Shown in pieces: positions 1 to 15,798 of a stretch of 64,000 nucleotides of DNA. The stretch is from NCBI RefSeq assembly GCF_009914755.1, contig NC_060946.1; one strand, given 5' to 3'. How positions within the stretch are numbered: the stretch's first letter is position 1; each line of letters begins with the position of its first letter. The DNA comes from the human T2T-CHM13v2.0 reference genome, Homo sapiens. A program made the position numbers and the translations under genes. Under the pieces are notes generated by a model. The model did no database searches. It saw nothing but the letters and a program-made list of their open reading frames with translations, and was not told the origin of the DNA.

Positions 1-103
1 CACCATGTTGGCCAGGCTGGTCTCAAACTCCTGACCTCAAGTGATCCACCCGCCTCGGCCTCCTAAAGTGCTGAGATTACAGGCGTGAGCCACTGCACCC
101 GGC
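1..103 (-). mobile_element. Alu (AluS-type) left arm, cut by the window edge
   Basis: caccatgttggccaggctggtctcaaactcctgacctc...ttacaggcgtgagccac. Confidence 0.93.
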
Positions 104-1074
104 TAGATTTACAACTTTTTATCTGTAGCCTTTAAACTTGAAGGACAGCTTGGCTGCAAATGAAATCCTTGGCTTGTTCTTTCTTTCCCTTATTTTCTTG
201 CAGATGTTACTCTAGCGTATCCTGGAATTGAATGTGGCTGTGGAAAAGTCAGACACCAGCTTAACTGCTTTCCCTCTAAAGTGACTCTTTTTTTTTTTTT
301 TTTTGGCCTGGATGCCTATAGGATTCTTTTGTTTCCATAGTCAATCAGTAACTTCACTGGGTGTGTCTCAGCATTACACATTTTCCCCCTGGAGCACACA
401 TCAGCTGTCCCTGGGACCCAATGTGTCCTTTCAAGATGCAGATTATAAAGTCTTTTTAAAAGTTCAGGACATTTTCCTTGAATTATATTTCAAAAAGTGA
501 AGCATCACCATACCATGAAAAGTGGGGTCTGTCAAACTCAATCCTGTGAGATGTGCACTCACATAGGTGGAAGATCAGTGGAGCAGCTGAGGGGGCTGCA
601 GAGCCACCTGACTGGGAATTCTGGGGCCATCCAGCAGCTCGGCCAATCAGTACCAGTCTGGCAGCAGTCTGGTGCCACCTGGTTCAAATATCACTTCTGG
701 ACCCTGTGTCTAACTAACTGGACAGTGGCAGGGACTCTAGGATGCCCTGAGCTGCTGGCAGCCGTTTTACTGGCCTGACCTGGGAAGGCTGGGCTGGGAG
801 AACACTGGGAATGTGGTGCCTCCACTTCCTCACATCATCTTCTCCTCCCCGAGTCCCCTCCACTGACACTCATTTGAAGACAGGTTATGAACAGGAAACA
901 GGAACCAATGCCAACCACAGGACAGCCAAATTCACCTCATTGCAGGAAATTATGGAAATGTTTTCATCATTCTGGTTTCCTTCTTTGATGCCTCCCATTA
1001 TACATGTGTTGTATCTTCTTTGCTTGCCTCCTGTAGGTTTCACTTACTCTGAAACTTAAAAACTCATTATTGAG

Positions 1075-1975
1075 TTCTCTTTCCCATCTTGCAAGATGGT
1101 GAGAAGTTGGATACTGAGGAGAAGAAACCCGAAGCCAAGAAGGCTGATGCTGGTGGCAAGGTGAAAAGGGGGAACCTCAAAGCTAAAAAGCCCAAGGGGG
1201 AAGCCCCATTGAAGCTGAAATCCCATCCTTGTCAGAGGAATTGGCAGATATTCCCAATCTGCTACATATTCCAGAAAGGCCGTGTACAAGAGGAAGTACT
1301 CAGCTGCTAAATCCAAGGTTGAAAAGAAAAAGGAGGAGAAGGTTCTTGCAACTGTTACAAACAGTTGGTGGTGACAAGAATGGTGGTACCCGGCTGGTTC
1401 AACTTCACAAAATGCCTAGATATTCTCCTACTGAAGACATGCCTTGGAAGCTATTGAGCCATGGCAAAAACCCCTTCAGCCAGCATGGGAGAAAACTGTA
1501 AGCCAGCATCACCCCTGGGACCTTCTGATCATCCTCACTGGACACCACAGAGGCAAGAGGGCGGTTCTCCTGAAGAGCTGGGCAGTGGCTGTTACTTGTG
1601 TCTGGACCTCTGGTCCTCAGTTGAGGACACACCAGAAATTTGCCATTGCCACCTCAACCAAAATTGGTATCAGCAATGTGAAAATCCCAATACATCTTAC
1701 TGATGCTTAATTCAAGCAGCAGCAGCTGCAGAACCCCAGACACCAGAAAGGTGAGCTCTTCGACACACAAACAGAGAAGTACAAGATTACAGGGCAGCGC
1801 AAGGTTGATCATCAAAAAGCTGTGGACTCACAAATTTTACTGAGTATCAAAGCTATTCCTCAGCTCCAGGGCTACCTGAGATCTGTGTTTGCCCTGATGA
1901 GTGGAGTTTATCCCTCACAAACTGGTGTTCTAAATTTCTTAAGAACCTAATAAAGGATATATAAAAATAAAATAA
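1075..1975 (+). pseudogene. Processed pseudogene of ribosomal protein L6 (RPL6/eL6), full length, antisense to PHF21B
   Basis: Intronless; fragments [66 protein letters not shown]. Pyrimidine 5' leader, ATG at 1096, native stop at 1931-1933, AATAAA at 1949-1954 and a decayed A tail. Premature stops at 1210, 1216, 1499 and 1708 plus frameshifts. Confidence 0.96.
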
Positions 1976-3170
1976 CTATTTTTTGAATTTCGTATACTTT
2001 TCCCCCTTCTGCCTCTGGTGTCCCTTACCGTGTCTTCTGCTGTATCCATGGCCCTCTGTGTTCATTCAGCTATGCATCCATTTCTGGGATGGTTTTATTA
2101 TTTTTCATGAATAATTCCAGCTCATGGTTAATTCTCTCCAGTAATTTAGCCACTTAGCCATCTCTTCCATAAATCTGTGTATTTTAGCCATGTAGTTTCC
2201 TTCTTAGTGCTGATTGTTTCATTAAGTTTTTTTTAAAAAATCACAGCAGGATATCAATTTTTTTTTCCTAGTATTCTTTATGTTATGGTAAAAATAACTT
2301 CTCTTTCCTGTATTTTTTGCTTATAGCAGCTTCATATTGATGTTTTGTTGTTAAACATAACTAAATGAGCTGAATTTTCCCATACTGGAGATTTGTAGCA
2401 GGTGGGAAAGGGATTACATTAGCCTTCTAGAAGCAACTCAAAGGCTCTGCCTCTCCTGCCAAGGCAATTGACTTCATTCTTCGTCCCTCAGTGGGATTCT
2501 CTGGTTAACCACGCCTCCTCTGCCTCTCCCCCATGGTCAAAGAGCATTTCTGCCACCTTCCCTGTTCCTGGATGCCTTACAGATTGCAGGTGCAATCCCT
2601 CCAGGAGACATATTTTGCCTGGCACTTTCTAAGACCTGACAACACCAAGCACTCCCTCCTCCAGCACATTCTCTCTATATTATCTCAGGCCCAGCTTTCA
2701 CCTGACCCAGCCCTGTCTAAGCTAAGACTAGCTCAGATACTCCCTTTCCTTTTGCACTTCAAGATGGACTTCTGATCTTCAGGGAGTGCATGCCACTGAC
2801 TTTTTCTGCAGCCTGTGGCTCCTTGGCCCTCTCTGGAGTCCCCTACACCACTCCTGGCCACTGCTCATTGCACCATTGGCTTGCTGCCCAGCCCTGACCT
2901 CTGCTGCCTCTGACGACACTAACACTTCTTGCCCAGTCTGCCGATGCTCTGCTCATGTCTGAAATCCACAAAATGAAGAAAAAAATTCTTGTTGCTATTA
3001 GTTTATAGGGGATGCAGGGGGAGTCTCAGTTCTAAGTAGCTGCTCTGTTCCTTCTGGAAGCTCAGCCAAGTCTTTTTGCCCTGTGGGATCAACTGGCTTC
3101 ATTCTGATAGACGTGTGTTCAAAACTGTGTTCTGCAGATTTTGTCAAATTTGCCTTTTACAATTCTGCTG

Positions 3171-3218
3171 TTAGGTTGGTGCAAAGTAATTGCACAATTA
3201 CTTTTGCACCAAATGCAT
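3171..3218. mobile_element. MADE1 (Hsmar1 mariner MITE), internally deleted
   Basis: ttaggttggtgcaaagtaattg-ca-caattacttttgcaccaa: both MADE1 TIR ends joined directly. Confidence 0.88.
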
Positions 3219-4744
3219 ATCCCAAACGATGTTGCTATGGTACACTTAAGTTCGTGACTGTTAAATTATCTTGATGGATGTACCTTTAGTATTTACATTA
3301 ATATGTCTTTTTCATTCCTTTCAACCTTTCTGGTGTTGTTTATTTAGGTATGCCTCTGACAAACAGCACACAACTGGATTGTGTTGTTTTTAAGCCTGTT
3401 TTCATTTCTCTAAAAGTAGGAAGATTTCATTTGCATTTATTATGGTTACTGAGTTATTTGGACTTATTTCCTCTACTTTATTTGTATTTTCAGTGTATCC
3501 TTTTTCATTTCCTACTTCTTGGGAAAAAAAAGCTCCACATTCACTTTTTTTTTCCTCTGCTGATTTAGAAATTATAGGTGGCATTACATTTTTTTCACTG
3601 ATTAGCCTAAATGTTTTGAGCATATGTTTCTAACTATACACTTTTCTAATAAAGGCTGGAGTTAATATTTCTATTCTTCTTCCCCAAATTACACTGCTCC
3701 TGGCATGTTCTAACTCCCTCTAAAACATCACCTCCAACCAATTTATTGTTTCCTAGAATTTTCCTTTTATCTGCTTTGTAAAACAAAACTGGATTTTTTT
3801 TTTCAGTCTACACTTAAATACATCTACCTATAATTTAACAGTCTATACACTCGGTTGTTTCTTATACCCACTGGCTGTCTCTGGCTTCATCTATCTTCTG
3901 GCAAAAGCACAGTTCTTTTAAGGATGGTCTGTGGGTGATAAAACCCTTAGTCTTCCTATGTGTAAAATGTCTTTCTTTTGCCCTTGCTCTTGAAAAACAA
4001 CTTAACTGGGTATAAAATACTGAGTTGGCAGTGACTTTCCCTCGGCAGTCTGCAGATATTTATTGCTCTGTGGTCATCTGCCTGAGGCTGCTGGAGGCCC
4101 CCGGCACATCTGTCATTCCGCTGTTTTTGCCCTGGTAGTTTTTCATGATTTTTCTCTTTATCTTTGACATGAATCTCTAGCCTCCTAGATTTGCTTTTAT
4201 TAATCCCACCTGAGAGATGGAGTCTACTTTTGACTTAAAAACTCACACTGATGCTCTTCAATCCTGGGACATTCTTCAGCTTTGCTTCTCCACCTGCCCT
4301 GTCACCCTACACCGACTCCCTCCTGCTGAAAGCCCCATGAGGTGAAAGCGAGGTTTCCCCACTTGTTTTCTGTCCCTGCCTGCTCCTATTTTTTCTTTTA
4401 CATGTTTGCATCTCTGTGCTCCATGCACGGTATCCTATTCAAAAGCACTAATTATCTCTGTTCCTGCCGTCTAGTAAGCTTTTCAAATGTCATCTCATCG
4501 CCATGTTTGTCATCATCAAATTCTCGAATTTTTATGTTCATCTAAATGTTTTATATCCTTGGTTTTTGTGCTTCGTTATTCCTTATTTCTAGACATTACT
4601 CCTTTCTTTGTGGATCTTAAATACACTTATTTAAAAGCTGTTGCTAGAGTATTTAGCACAATTCACTTCATCTGGAATAAATTCATGTTCGAAATGTTGA
4701 TTTCATTGATCGCCAGCCTTGGCATGAGATCTCGTATATGTTAG

Positions 4745-5056
<312 letters not shown>

Positions 5057-5964
5057 CACAATTTCTTTCTTTTTCTCTCCCTCACGCTTACCCTTCCCTT
5101 TCAGCAAGTTTGCAGTTGCCTCAGCGCTGGCCACTTCCCTAGGTCTGGCTGTGGCCCGGACCAGCAGAGAAGCCTGGTCAACTTGTCTCTTACCCAAGGA
5201 ATTCTTGGAACCCGCTGCCCTGTGTGAGCTGCCCACCCTCAGGGTCACCCTTGCTCAATTCCGAACCAAGGGTGTGGGTCCCTGGCTGCCGTGTTTTAGG
5301 GACACAGCAACGTTCAGCTCCATCATTATCCTCTCTCTCTCCACTGTATCTGGGGTTGCTGTGGGTTTGAAACGGAGAGGTCCATTCACGTGAACCCAGA
5401 GTCTTCCTGATGGACGGGGTGCTTGGATGGAGTTCAAGAGGGGGAGTGACTTAGTTATTTCTGAATTTTGGAAAGATCATTTGCAGGGCGAATAGACAGG
5501 GAGGAAGCCATCCAGGGGCAGGGAGACGGGCCAGGGTCCACTGCAGTAGCCCCGGGCAGATATGAGACAGGAAGGAGGGCTGGGCACAGGGCCGAAACGT
5601 GTGTGTAACAGGGCTTGCTCAGAGAGGTGCGGGGCTGGGACCTTGCTCCGACTGCCCTTTGCAGGGCGTGTACTGATTTGAGGGCAGCCAGACTCATTCA
5701 GATGCTAGCTGAGGCCAGGACAATGGCTGGCCCCAGAGAGGGCTGCAGCTCTGTCCTAAGGCAGGCTGTAGGCCCTGGGACAGGAGGGAGCAGACAGCGC
5801 CCTGGGTCGGGAGCCAGAAGCCCAGGTTCTGTCTGAAGTTAGCATGCAGCTCCGTGACCGTACATGTGGTTTCCCTCTGAGCCTCAGCTTCCTCGTCTGT
5901 AAAATGAACCTTGTAATTCCTGCCCCCCGCTACTGTGCAACCGCCGTGACGACAGGGGGAGAAG

Positions 5965-6157
5965 GAAGGGGAAGCACAGTCAACCGTGAGACTCAGTGGT
6001 GATCAGAGTGGGGTGATGGCCACCGCCCTGCAGTGGACACTGCTACCTCACATCCCTGAGAGAAGGGGAAGCACAGTCAGCCGTGAGACTCAGTGGCGAT
6101 CAGCGTGGGGTGATGGCCACCGCCCTGCAGTGGACACTGCCACCTCACATCCCTGAG
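5965..6157. repeat. Tandem duplication, 2 x 97 bp
   Basis: gaaggggaagcacagtca...cacatccctgag at 5965 and 6062; 4 mismatches. Confidence 0.95.
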
Positions 6158-7884
6158 CTTCCACTGCCCATCACCTTGACACCTGTAGGTACATACATGT
6201 CACGCGTTTTAGAGCATTGCAGATGTGAGGAGCCTGCTAGGAAGCATGTCCGTGCCGCAACCTCACCCTTACTGTGAGAAACCCCAGGGCAGCTGAGGCA
6301 GCCTGGGAACCTCAGTCTGACAGTGGCCCCGCCCACCCCCAGCCTCCGCCTCTGCTCCGAGTTGCTTCCTGGGTCCCCATTCTCTATGTATTGCTGTAGG
6401 TGTCATTTTCTGTTATGGCTGAAATCAGGAGGCATCTGAAGGATGGCAGAAAGGCTGGGGATGTGAGGTCACGGCCCGGCTGGCTCAAGCTGAGTTGCAG
6501 CTACAACCTTGGGCAAGGTGCTGTGAGCCTGTGGTTTGTAAATCCTAAAGGGGACACGATCCCACCTCTGTGTGCTTGTGTGGGGTGAACAGGCCAGCCG
6601 TGTTCAGCGTCCCGCACGTGCCTGGTGCGGAGTGGGGCGTGGGATGTACACGGCCTGGGAGCCCTGGGCTTAGGATCATGAGAGACTTTGGCTTCCCTGT
6701 CTGTGACCTGGAAGGGCAGATAAGCAAGTGTCCTTAGGGCAGTCTCAGCCACACACAAAAGGACAGGCCCTTCAAGGAGGTTCTGGCCTTGGTCACGGGA
6801 AGGGCGGAACACAGCTAAGAGATGAGCGTTCATTACTTACATCTATCCTGATTCTGGGAAAAGGTTTTGTGGGGCATTTGCACAACACGCTGAAACAGAC
6901 GGTAAACAAGGAAGAAAGGAGACAGGACAGCAAACCTAGGAAAGTAAGGTGAAGCCATGTCATAGGCCCTGACAATTATTAGAGGTGGGACACAGACTGG
7001 CCTGTGAGCTCCCTAGCTGCCACAGCAAAGAGGGATGCAGGGCCAGGAACACAATCCCACGGTCCACTGACCTGCTGGAATCTCTGGGAAGTACAGGGGC
7101 GCTGGGGGGGTGAGGCCAGCCTTGTGGCCCCCTGGGAAGGCTGGTAATGCGGCCCCTTTCACGCCCATAATGTTTATATGCAGGAAAAGCTGGGAGCTGT
7201 AAGTGGGAAAATCAGGGAAGGATGATAACCCAAAGTATCGGGCAGCCTCTTCACGACTGAGCGGTTCGGGTCCTGAGCAGTAGGTTCTGACCCCAAACCT
7301 GACCTCCACTCAGCCTGACCAAAGGCAGAGATGGCATCTCCAGTGGCGAGGCTTCACGGCATAGACTGCAGACTCTGAGGCCAGAAGCTAGAGTGTGGCT
7401 CCCACCTCTGAGGATCAGTGCCTCTGGGCCTCAGCGTCCCCATCTGTACCATGGGCTAACAACAGTCCCTTCCTGTGGGGCCTGAAACTGACCCATGTTG
7501 AGCATGGACGGGCGGCAGCTAACACCCTCCTAGGTGGTCTTATCTCGTTCTGCTGTTCCCCACATGGGCCTTATGGGGTCTGAGAGCTACTGAAATATTT
7601 CTCCCCATGGTGCATGGGTCACTCTGGGACACTGCTGACTCGACGTCCCCTTCTGCTGCAGCCCCTGTTGCCATTTAGTGTGGCTCCAAGCAACCCCTGG
7701 GCTGGCCATCCCACATGTGCCCTGCTGAGGGCAAGTGCCACTTTCTGGGGAGCTGCAGTGACAGCGGAGTTGCCCAAACACCAATCATGTTTCTTCACAA
7801 AAATCCACACCCCTACTGGCTGACCTTGGCTCCTCCTGTGACGTTTCTGGGGGCAGCTACTGCTGTCCGGTTTCTAGGCTCTAA

Positions 7885-8361
<477 letters not shown>

Positions 8362-9459
8362 TAATTAGATGTAATTATACTAATTGTATAAATGCACAAT
8401 AATTGACTAAGATATATTAAATACTTTGAGAGAACAAAGAGAATCCACCCAGAATACCTTCCCCAATATTAAGGGTGCAGCTGAACCCCAAGAGAGGACA
8501 GAAGGGTCATCATGGGAGTCTTGGGCTGCCAGCCGAGCCAGGGCCTCACAGTGCACCTGCAGGTGCAGACACTGCCACAGAATGGAACGGACTTTCTTGA
8601 GACGATTAGGCCCAGGGCCACAGAGGAGACCTGGTTCACGCTGCAGCCTCACTTAGCAGCTCCTTGACTTCACTGGCTTTTTAGACATGTCGAAGGACAA
8701 TAATCAAGTCATTCTTCTGCTCAAAGATATTCCGTGGCTCCCCATTACCTAAGAATAAAGCTCCACTTTGTCAGCCTGCATTCAGGCCCTCCAGGACCAG
8801 GTTCCCACGTCTGTCTTCACCCCCTACTGCAGTCCGAAAGCCCAGCTGACTGCTCTGGGTGTGTGGAATCCTTTCCCACTCGTGTGCTATTGCCTATGCA
8901 GTGCCCTCCAGCTGGTGAGCTACCCCTCTGCCTCCTGTTCTCTGCTGGATCCTGGCAACTCCTCTACCCCTGCAGACCATGCCCCTTCTCTCCAAAGCCT
9001 TCCTCAGTCCTTCCAGGAGGAAACAGCTCTCTCCCTTTGCCCTCATCTCCTGTAGCCCTTCATTTAGAATTCTCTCACGACACACGCATTTTTGAACCCG
9101 TTAGAGTCCTTGGTAGCCATCTCTGTCTTTACCCATGGAAGTGAGTTTTCCAAGGGCAAGGACCATGGCTGCCTGCATCCTGATGTCCCTAGCCTTTGGC
9201 ACGGAGCCTGGCAGGGAGCAAACTCGAAGGCATGTTGAACAACTAAAGGAAAAAGTGAAGGGATGCACAACAGGTTTCCTTTGGTAATGACAGTACATTG
9301 ATGGGGAGAATCGTTGGGAGCTGCAGGGGCCCAGGGGGTCCAGGGCGGGGTGCTGCAGTTGGGGACATGGTGGTCAGAAACCACTCCTGGGGGCCAACAT
9401 GTCTCAACTCAATCTTGTGGAATGAAGGGCACAACAGGGAGGGAAAAGGGAACCGAGTC

Positions 9460-9575
9460 TGAGCTTGGTGGCTTACACTTATAATCCCAGCACTTTCGGA
9501 GGCTGAGGCAGGAGGATCACTTGAGGCTTGAGGCCAGGAACTCAAGACCAGCCTGGGCAACATGGAGAGACCCTG
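9460..9575 (+). mobile_element. AluJ 5' part, split by the THE1A provirus
   Basis: Alu left arm ends at gagagaccctg and resumes at 11861 with ccctgtctctac. Confidence 0.9.
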
Positions 9576-12067
<2,492 letters not shown>

Positions 12068-12989
12068 CAAAAAGAAAGGAAAAAAGAAAAGGAAACTGGG
12101 TGGGAAGGGTTGAATGGAAAAGACCCAGAGTGGAGGATGTGGGGCTGGTGTTGGCCTAGGATGCCGAGGACCAAGCTGCAGTACACCTGCTGCCACCACC
12201 AGTTCAGCAAAGGACGGCCCTGAGTCAGCTGCTGTCCCCGCGCCACCATCAGTGCAGGGGCTGCGCATCCACTATGTATTTGGATGCTTCAATATGAGCT
12301 TATTTATCTGGCCTCCTTCAGAGGCTGTGTGGGAGAGGTGGAGACATAGGCAATTTCTGGCAAGTTCTCCAGGCACCTTCAGGAGACATCTGCACCTCTC
12401 GTGCCAGCCTGGGGCACAGCTACTTCTACAGTGCCCAGGGTCCTGCACACACCCAGGACTGGCCATGGCAGAGAAGAGGCAGGGGCCACTGCCCAGAGGA
12501 GCCCCTTTCCCTCCTAGACTCAGGACAGAGGGGCCCATAGCCGGGGCCCCTAGGATGGGGTGTAGTGGCCAAAAGTCCCCACCAGGTGCTGTCCAGGGGC
12601 TCAGCAAACATGAACTCGCAGAATCCTCCCAGCAGCCCTGTGAGGAAGGAGGCCCTGCCATTCCCACCTTACAGATGAGCAAACAGACGCGAGCTGCTCA
12701 CGGTCACACCACTGGAAACTGGCAGTGCAGGACCCATGCAGAATGGTTCTAGAATTTGTGCTAACAACTGCCTCACACTGCCGTTCAGCCAGTGCCTCCC
12801 TGAGATAGAACAGTTGAGACCTGGGCTTGCTTGGCGAGGCCCCATCCTGGTCGCCGACTGCACAGGGCAGCTGTGCCCACGGCTTGTCGGGACCACCCCA
12901 CAGTGAGGCCATCCCCGCTATACACAGCGGCCTCAGATGGTACCTGCAGACTGAGCAGGGCCTGGGCCCTCCGGAGAGGCCTGTCCTAC

Positions 12990-13256
12990 CTCGGGGTTCT
13001 CCTGGGTCGGGGGCCGGTCTTCCTTCTTCTTTTTGGTGGCCTGAGCTCCCTGAGATGGCTCCTCTGTGGGCGGCCGCGACTCTGCCGTGCTCTCGGGCTG
13101 CGTCTGCACTTGAGGCTGAATGATGATGACCTGGAAGATGCCATGGAGGGGTGAAGGGGACAGTGATGGGGAGGGAGGGGTGAGGGGAAGAGAGGAGGGG
13201 TGGAGGGGACAGTGATGGGTTGCGGGGTGAGGGGAAGAGAGGAGGCGTGGAGGAGG
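12990..13256 (-). CDS. PHF21B: PHF21B coding exon (probably exon 5), long form 267 nt, PPPRLLSS...TQENPE; internal acceptor at 13130 gives a 141-nt form starting VIIIQPQ
   Basis: Acceptors ctctccag|CCTCCT (13256) and atcttccag|GTCATC (13130); donor GAG|gtagga (12990). In ORF 12933..13442. The 42-aa difference fits the 531 vs 489 aa isoforms as I recall them. Confidence 0.93.
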
Positions 13257-14339
13257 CTGGAGAGCGAGGGTGAGGGGCACAGGGAGGAAGGGAAGAGTGA
13301 GGGGGGCTGGGGAGGTAGCTGGTATGGCACAGGGCAGGGGTTGGGGAGCACAGAGCCTGGGCCAGGCCAACCTGGGAGGGCGGATCCCCGGGAACTGGGT
13401 GGTTTGCGCCCCTGTCTGTCTAGCACCTGCCCCTCCTGACACACCTTTTCCACCATGGGGAGGGTCTGCATGAGAAGCTGGCCTGGTTTAGGAACTGGGA
13501 AGGTCTGGGTTCCAGTCCTGCCCCACCGCTTCCCAGCTGTGTGGCCTCAGGGGAGTCACTGCTTCTGAGAGTCAGGTTGGTCATCAGTGAAACTGGCCAC
13601 ACCTCTCCCCAGGGAGGCCGTGCACACTCAGGCGGCGAGGACTTCTCATCCCAGCTCAGGTGCAGATGAACTGAGGCCACGAGAGCTCAGACTTGCTCCT
13701 GGCCTGAGGCCATCCAGTCAGGAGGCAGAGGAGCTGGGAACCCCTCAGGTCAGCCTGGCTCCGTTTCTCCCTCCCCACACCACAGTGCCTGAGACACACA
13801 ACCCTGGCTTGGGGGCACAGGTGGGAATAACATTCTATTTTTTTTCACTGCCATGAGGCCCCTCACGTGGTGGATGGGGAAGGGGAAGGGGGTCTTCAGA
13901 TGCCACCCTGCAGCAGCCCCCCTTAGCCAGCCTGCCTCGAGGCTCAGGGGGTGATCTGGTTTGATGAAACGGTGTGATGCTGAAAGTCAGCCTGAAATCC
14001 ACCCATCCGGCCCAGCCTCTCCCTGGGCCAGGATCCGCTCCATCTCTAGCTCTACCATTTTATTTCTTTGGACAGGAAATTGGGAAAGAATTATTAGTTT
14101 TCACGGCTCCAAGAAGAAGAATTCTCCAGGATCCATCAGCCACAGTCTGGTTTAAACTAGGAATTACTTGAACTTGGGTGTTTTTTTGGTTTGTTTTTCC
14201 CTAAGCACGGGTGGTGACTGTCTGATGAATTTGAGGCTTCTGAGCACAAAGAGAAAATATGTCCCATTTTTCTGCTGGCTTAAGGGAAGCTCTGTCTTCC
14301 TCTTTGTATCACATTTTTAAAACCCCAAAATCTCTGTAT

Positions 14340-14600
14340 GGAAGAAATATGTCCATTTTTATATCCATGGGAAGAAAAACATTAAGATCTCCAATAAGAA
14401 AAAGGGCAAAGAATATTCTCAAGTCACACATGAGAAGATAGAATTCTTAAGTGTAAGAAAAACACTGAAGCTTAACAGTAACCAAGGGAATTCAACTTTC
14501 AACAATGAGGCATCTATGTGCCTAGTAAATGAACAAAACAGTGTTTAAATGACCAACATCAAATGCTGGTGCAGTTGGGTGAAACAGACACACTCCTTCC
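14340..14600 (+). mobile_element. Old L1M ORF2 3' fragment
   Basis: aagaaaaagggcaaagaatatt...caacatcaaatgctggtgcagttgggtg resembles L1M ORF2 end. Confidence 0.5.
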
Positions 14601-15097
14601 AGCATCTGCTAAGCACCTTGTCTGGATCAGGTGCCCTCCTGGGATACACCTGCCATCCCACCATGGCCCATGACAACTCTTCAGACTGCGAATTCTTTGA
14701 GGGGCCCTCAGTGGGCGGGAGAGCCTGGAAGCACAGGACTCCCGGGAATGCACTGGGTGCAACAGCACCAGCTCACATGAGGGTCGGCCGTCAACATCCA
14801 GGCTGGGGAAGCAGAAGGTACCCCAGCCATAAGCAAGAGAGGGGCGGCCTGGCAGACCCCAAATGGGGAACAGAGAGAAAGAGGCCACAGACAGGGGACG
14901 GCAGAGATGAGGCAGCCCCGAAGGCCTCAAACAGCACAACCACCAGGAGCTTGGAGGGGAGCAGCGGGAGGACCTTAGTTTTAGTTTTAAAACTTGGCAG
15001 AAATTATGGGAGATTGTGCACTTGGGCAGTGGGGTAAAAACAGCCCTTGACCGTCCAACTCCACCAGCAGAAACAGAGAATCAGTATCTCTTCTAGT

Positions 15098-15370
15098 CAC
15101 TCATTCAGCCACACATGTCATTAATTGGTTAATCATTTGAATGAATTCATTCATTGACCAATCACTCCTTTTCCACTGATATTAATTCATGCAGCCGTAT
15201 TGTCTCTGGATCGCATATTCATTCATTTGTTCATGCACTAATTCACTCCCTTAATCATGTGTTCATACTCCATTCATTCATTTGCTCCTCTGTTTCCGTC
15301 CCATTCATTCATTTGTCCACTTGATCATTCTGCCTCCTGGTCATTCATCCTGCCTGGGCTTGTTCATTTG
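15098..15370. repeat. Degenerate (ATTC)n low-complexity tract, possibly L2-tail derived
   Basis: Repeated tcattcattc motifs. Confidence 0.7.
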
Positions 15371-15447
15371 GCCCTTCCCAAATGATTGCTCTCGGCCTCC
15401 TGTATGCGGCCGCACACCCTTTCCGGAGCCTGCTGGTGGGCACTCAC

Positions 15448-15798
15448 CTTGTTGTCAGCACTGATGAGGAGGGGCTGGACTTTGATGCTGTCACTGACCA
15501 CAGACACGGCGGTGCTGGGGGCCATGGCGGCGGCATTGCTGGGGGAGGTGGAGATGATGGCGTAGGCCACCCCCGCACTGCTCAGCGGAGAGGTGAGGGC
15601 GGCGGGCTCGGCGAGGGCCTGGGGCTGGCTGCCGGGCGCTGGCACATGGCTGACAGTGTTGTTGGCGGTGGGGAGGGCTGGGCTGGGGTTCTTGACGCTG
15701 ACCACGGTGGCCTTCTGGAATGTTGGGGGCTGCTTGGGTGGCCGGTCCCGGCCCGGGGCAACGGGGAGGCTGTCTGGAATCAGAGTCTTTGGCCTAAC
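15448..15798 (-). CDS. PHF21B: PHF21B coding exon (probably exon 4), 351 nt, [13 protein letters not shown]...[11 protein letters not shown]
   Basis: Minus strand: cttcttcccag|GTTAGGCCA...AACAAG|gtgagt. 117 codons, CpG-rich, contained in ORF 15364..15930. Peptide recognised as PHF21B. Confidence 0.96.

Noticed and set aside
1089-1710. RPL6-like ORFs as a functional gene
   Set aside because: Multiple stops and frameshifts, no introns, decayed poly(A): processed pseudogene.
12114-12752. 212-aa plus-strand ORF
   Set aside because: Ends in MIR sequence, no homology recognised.
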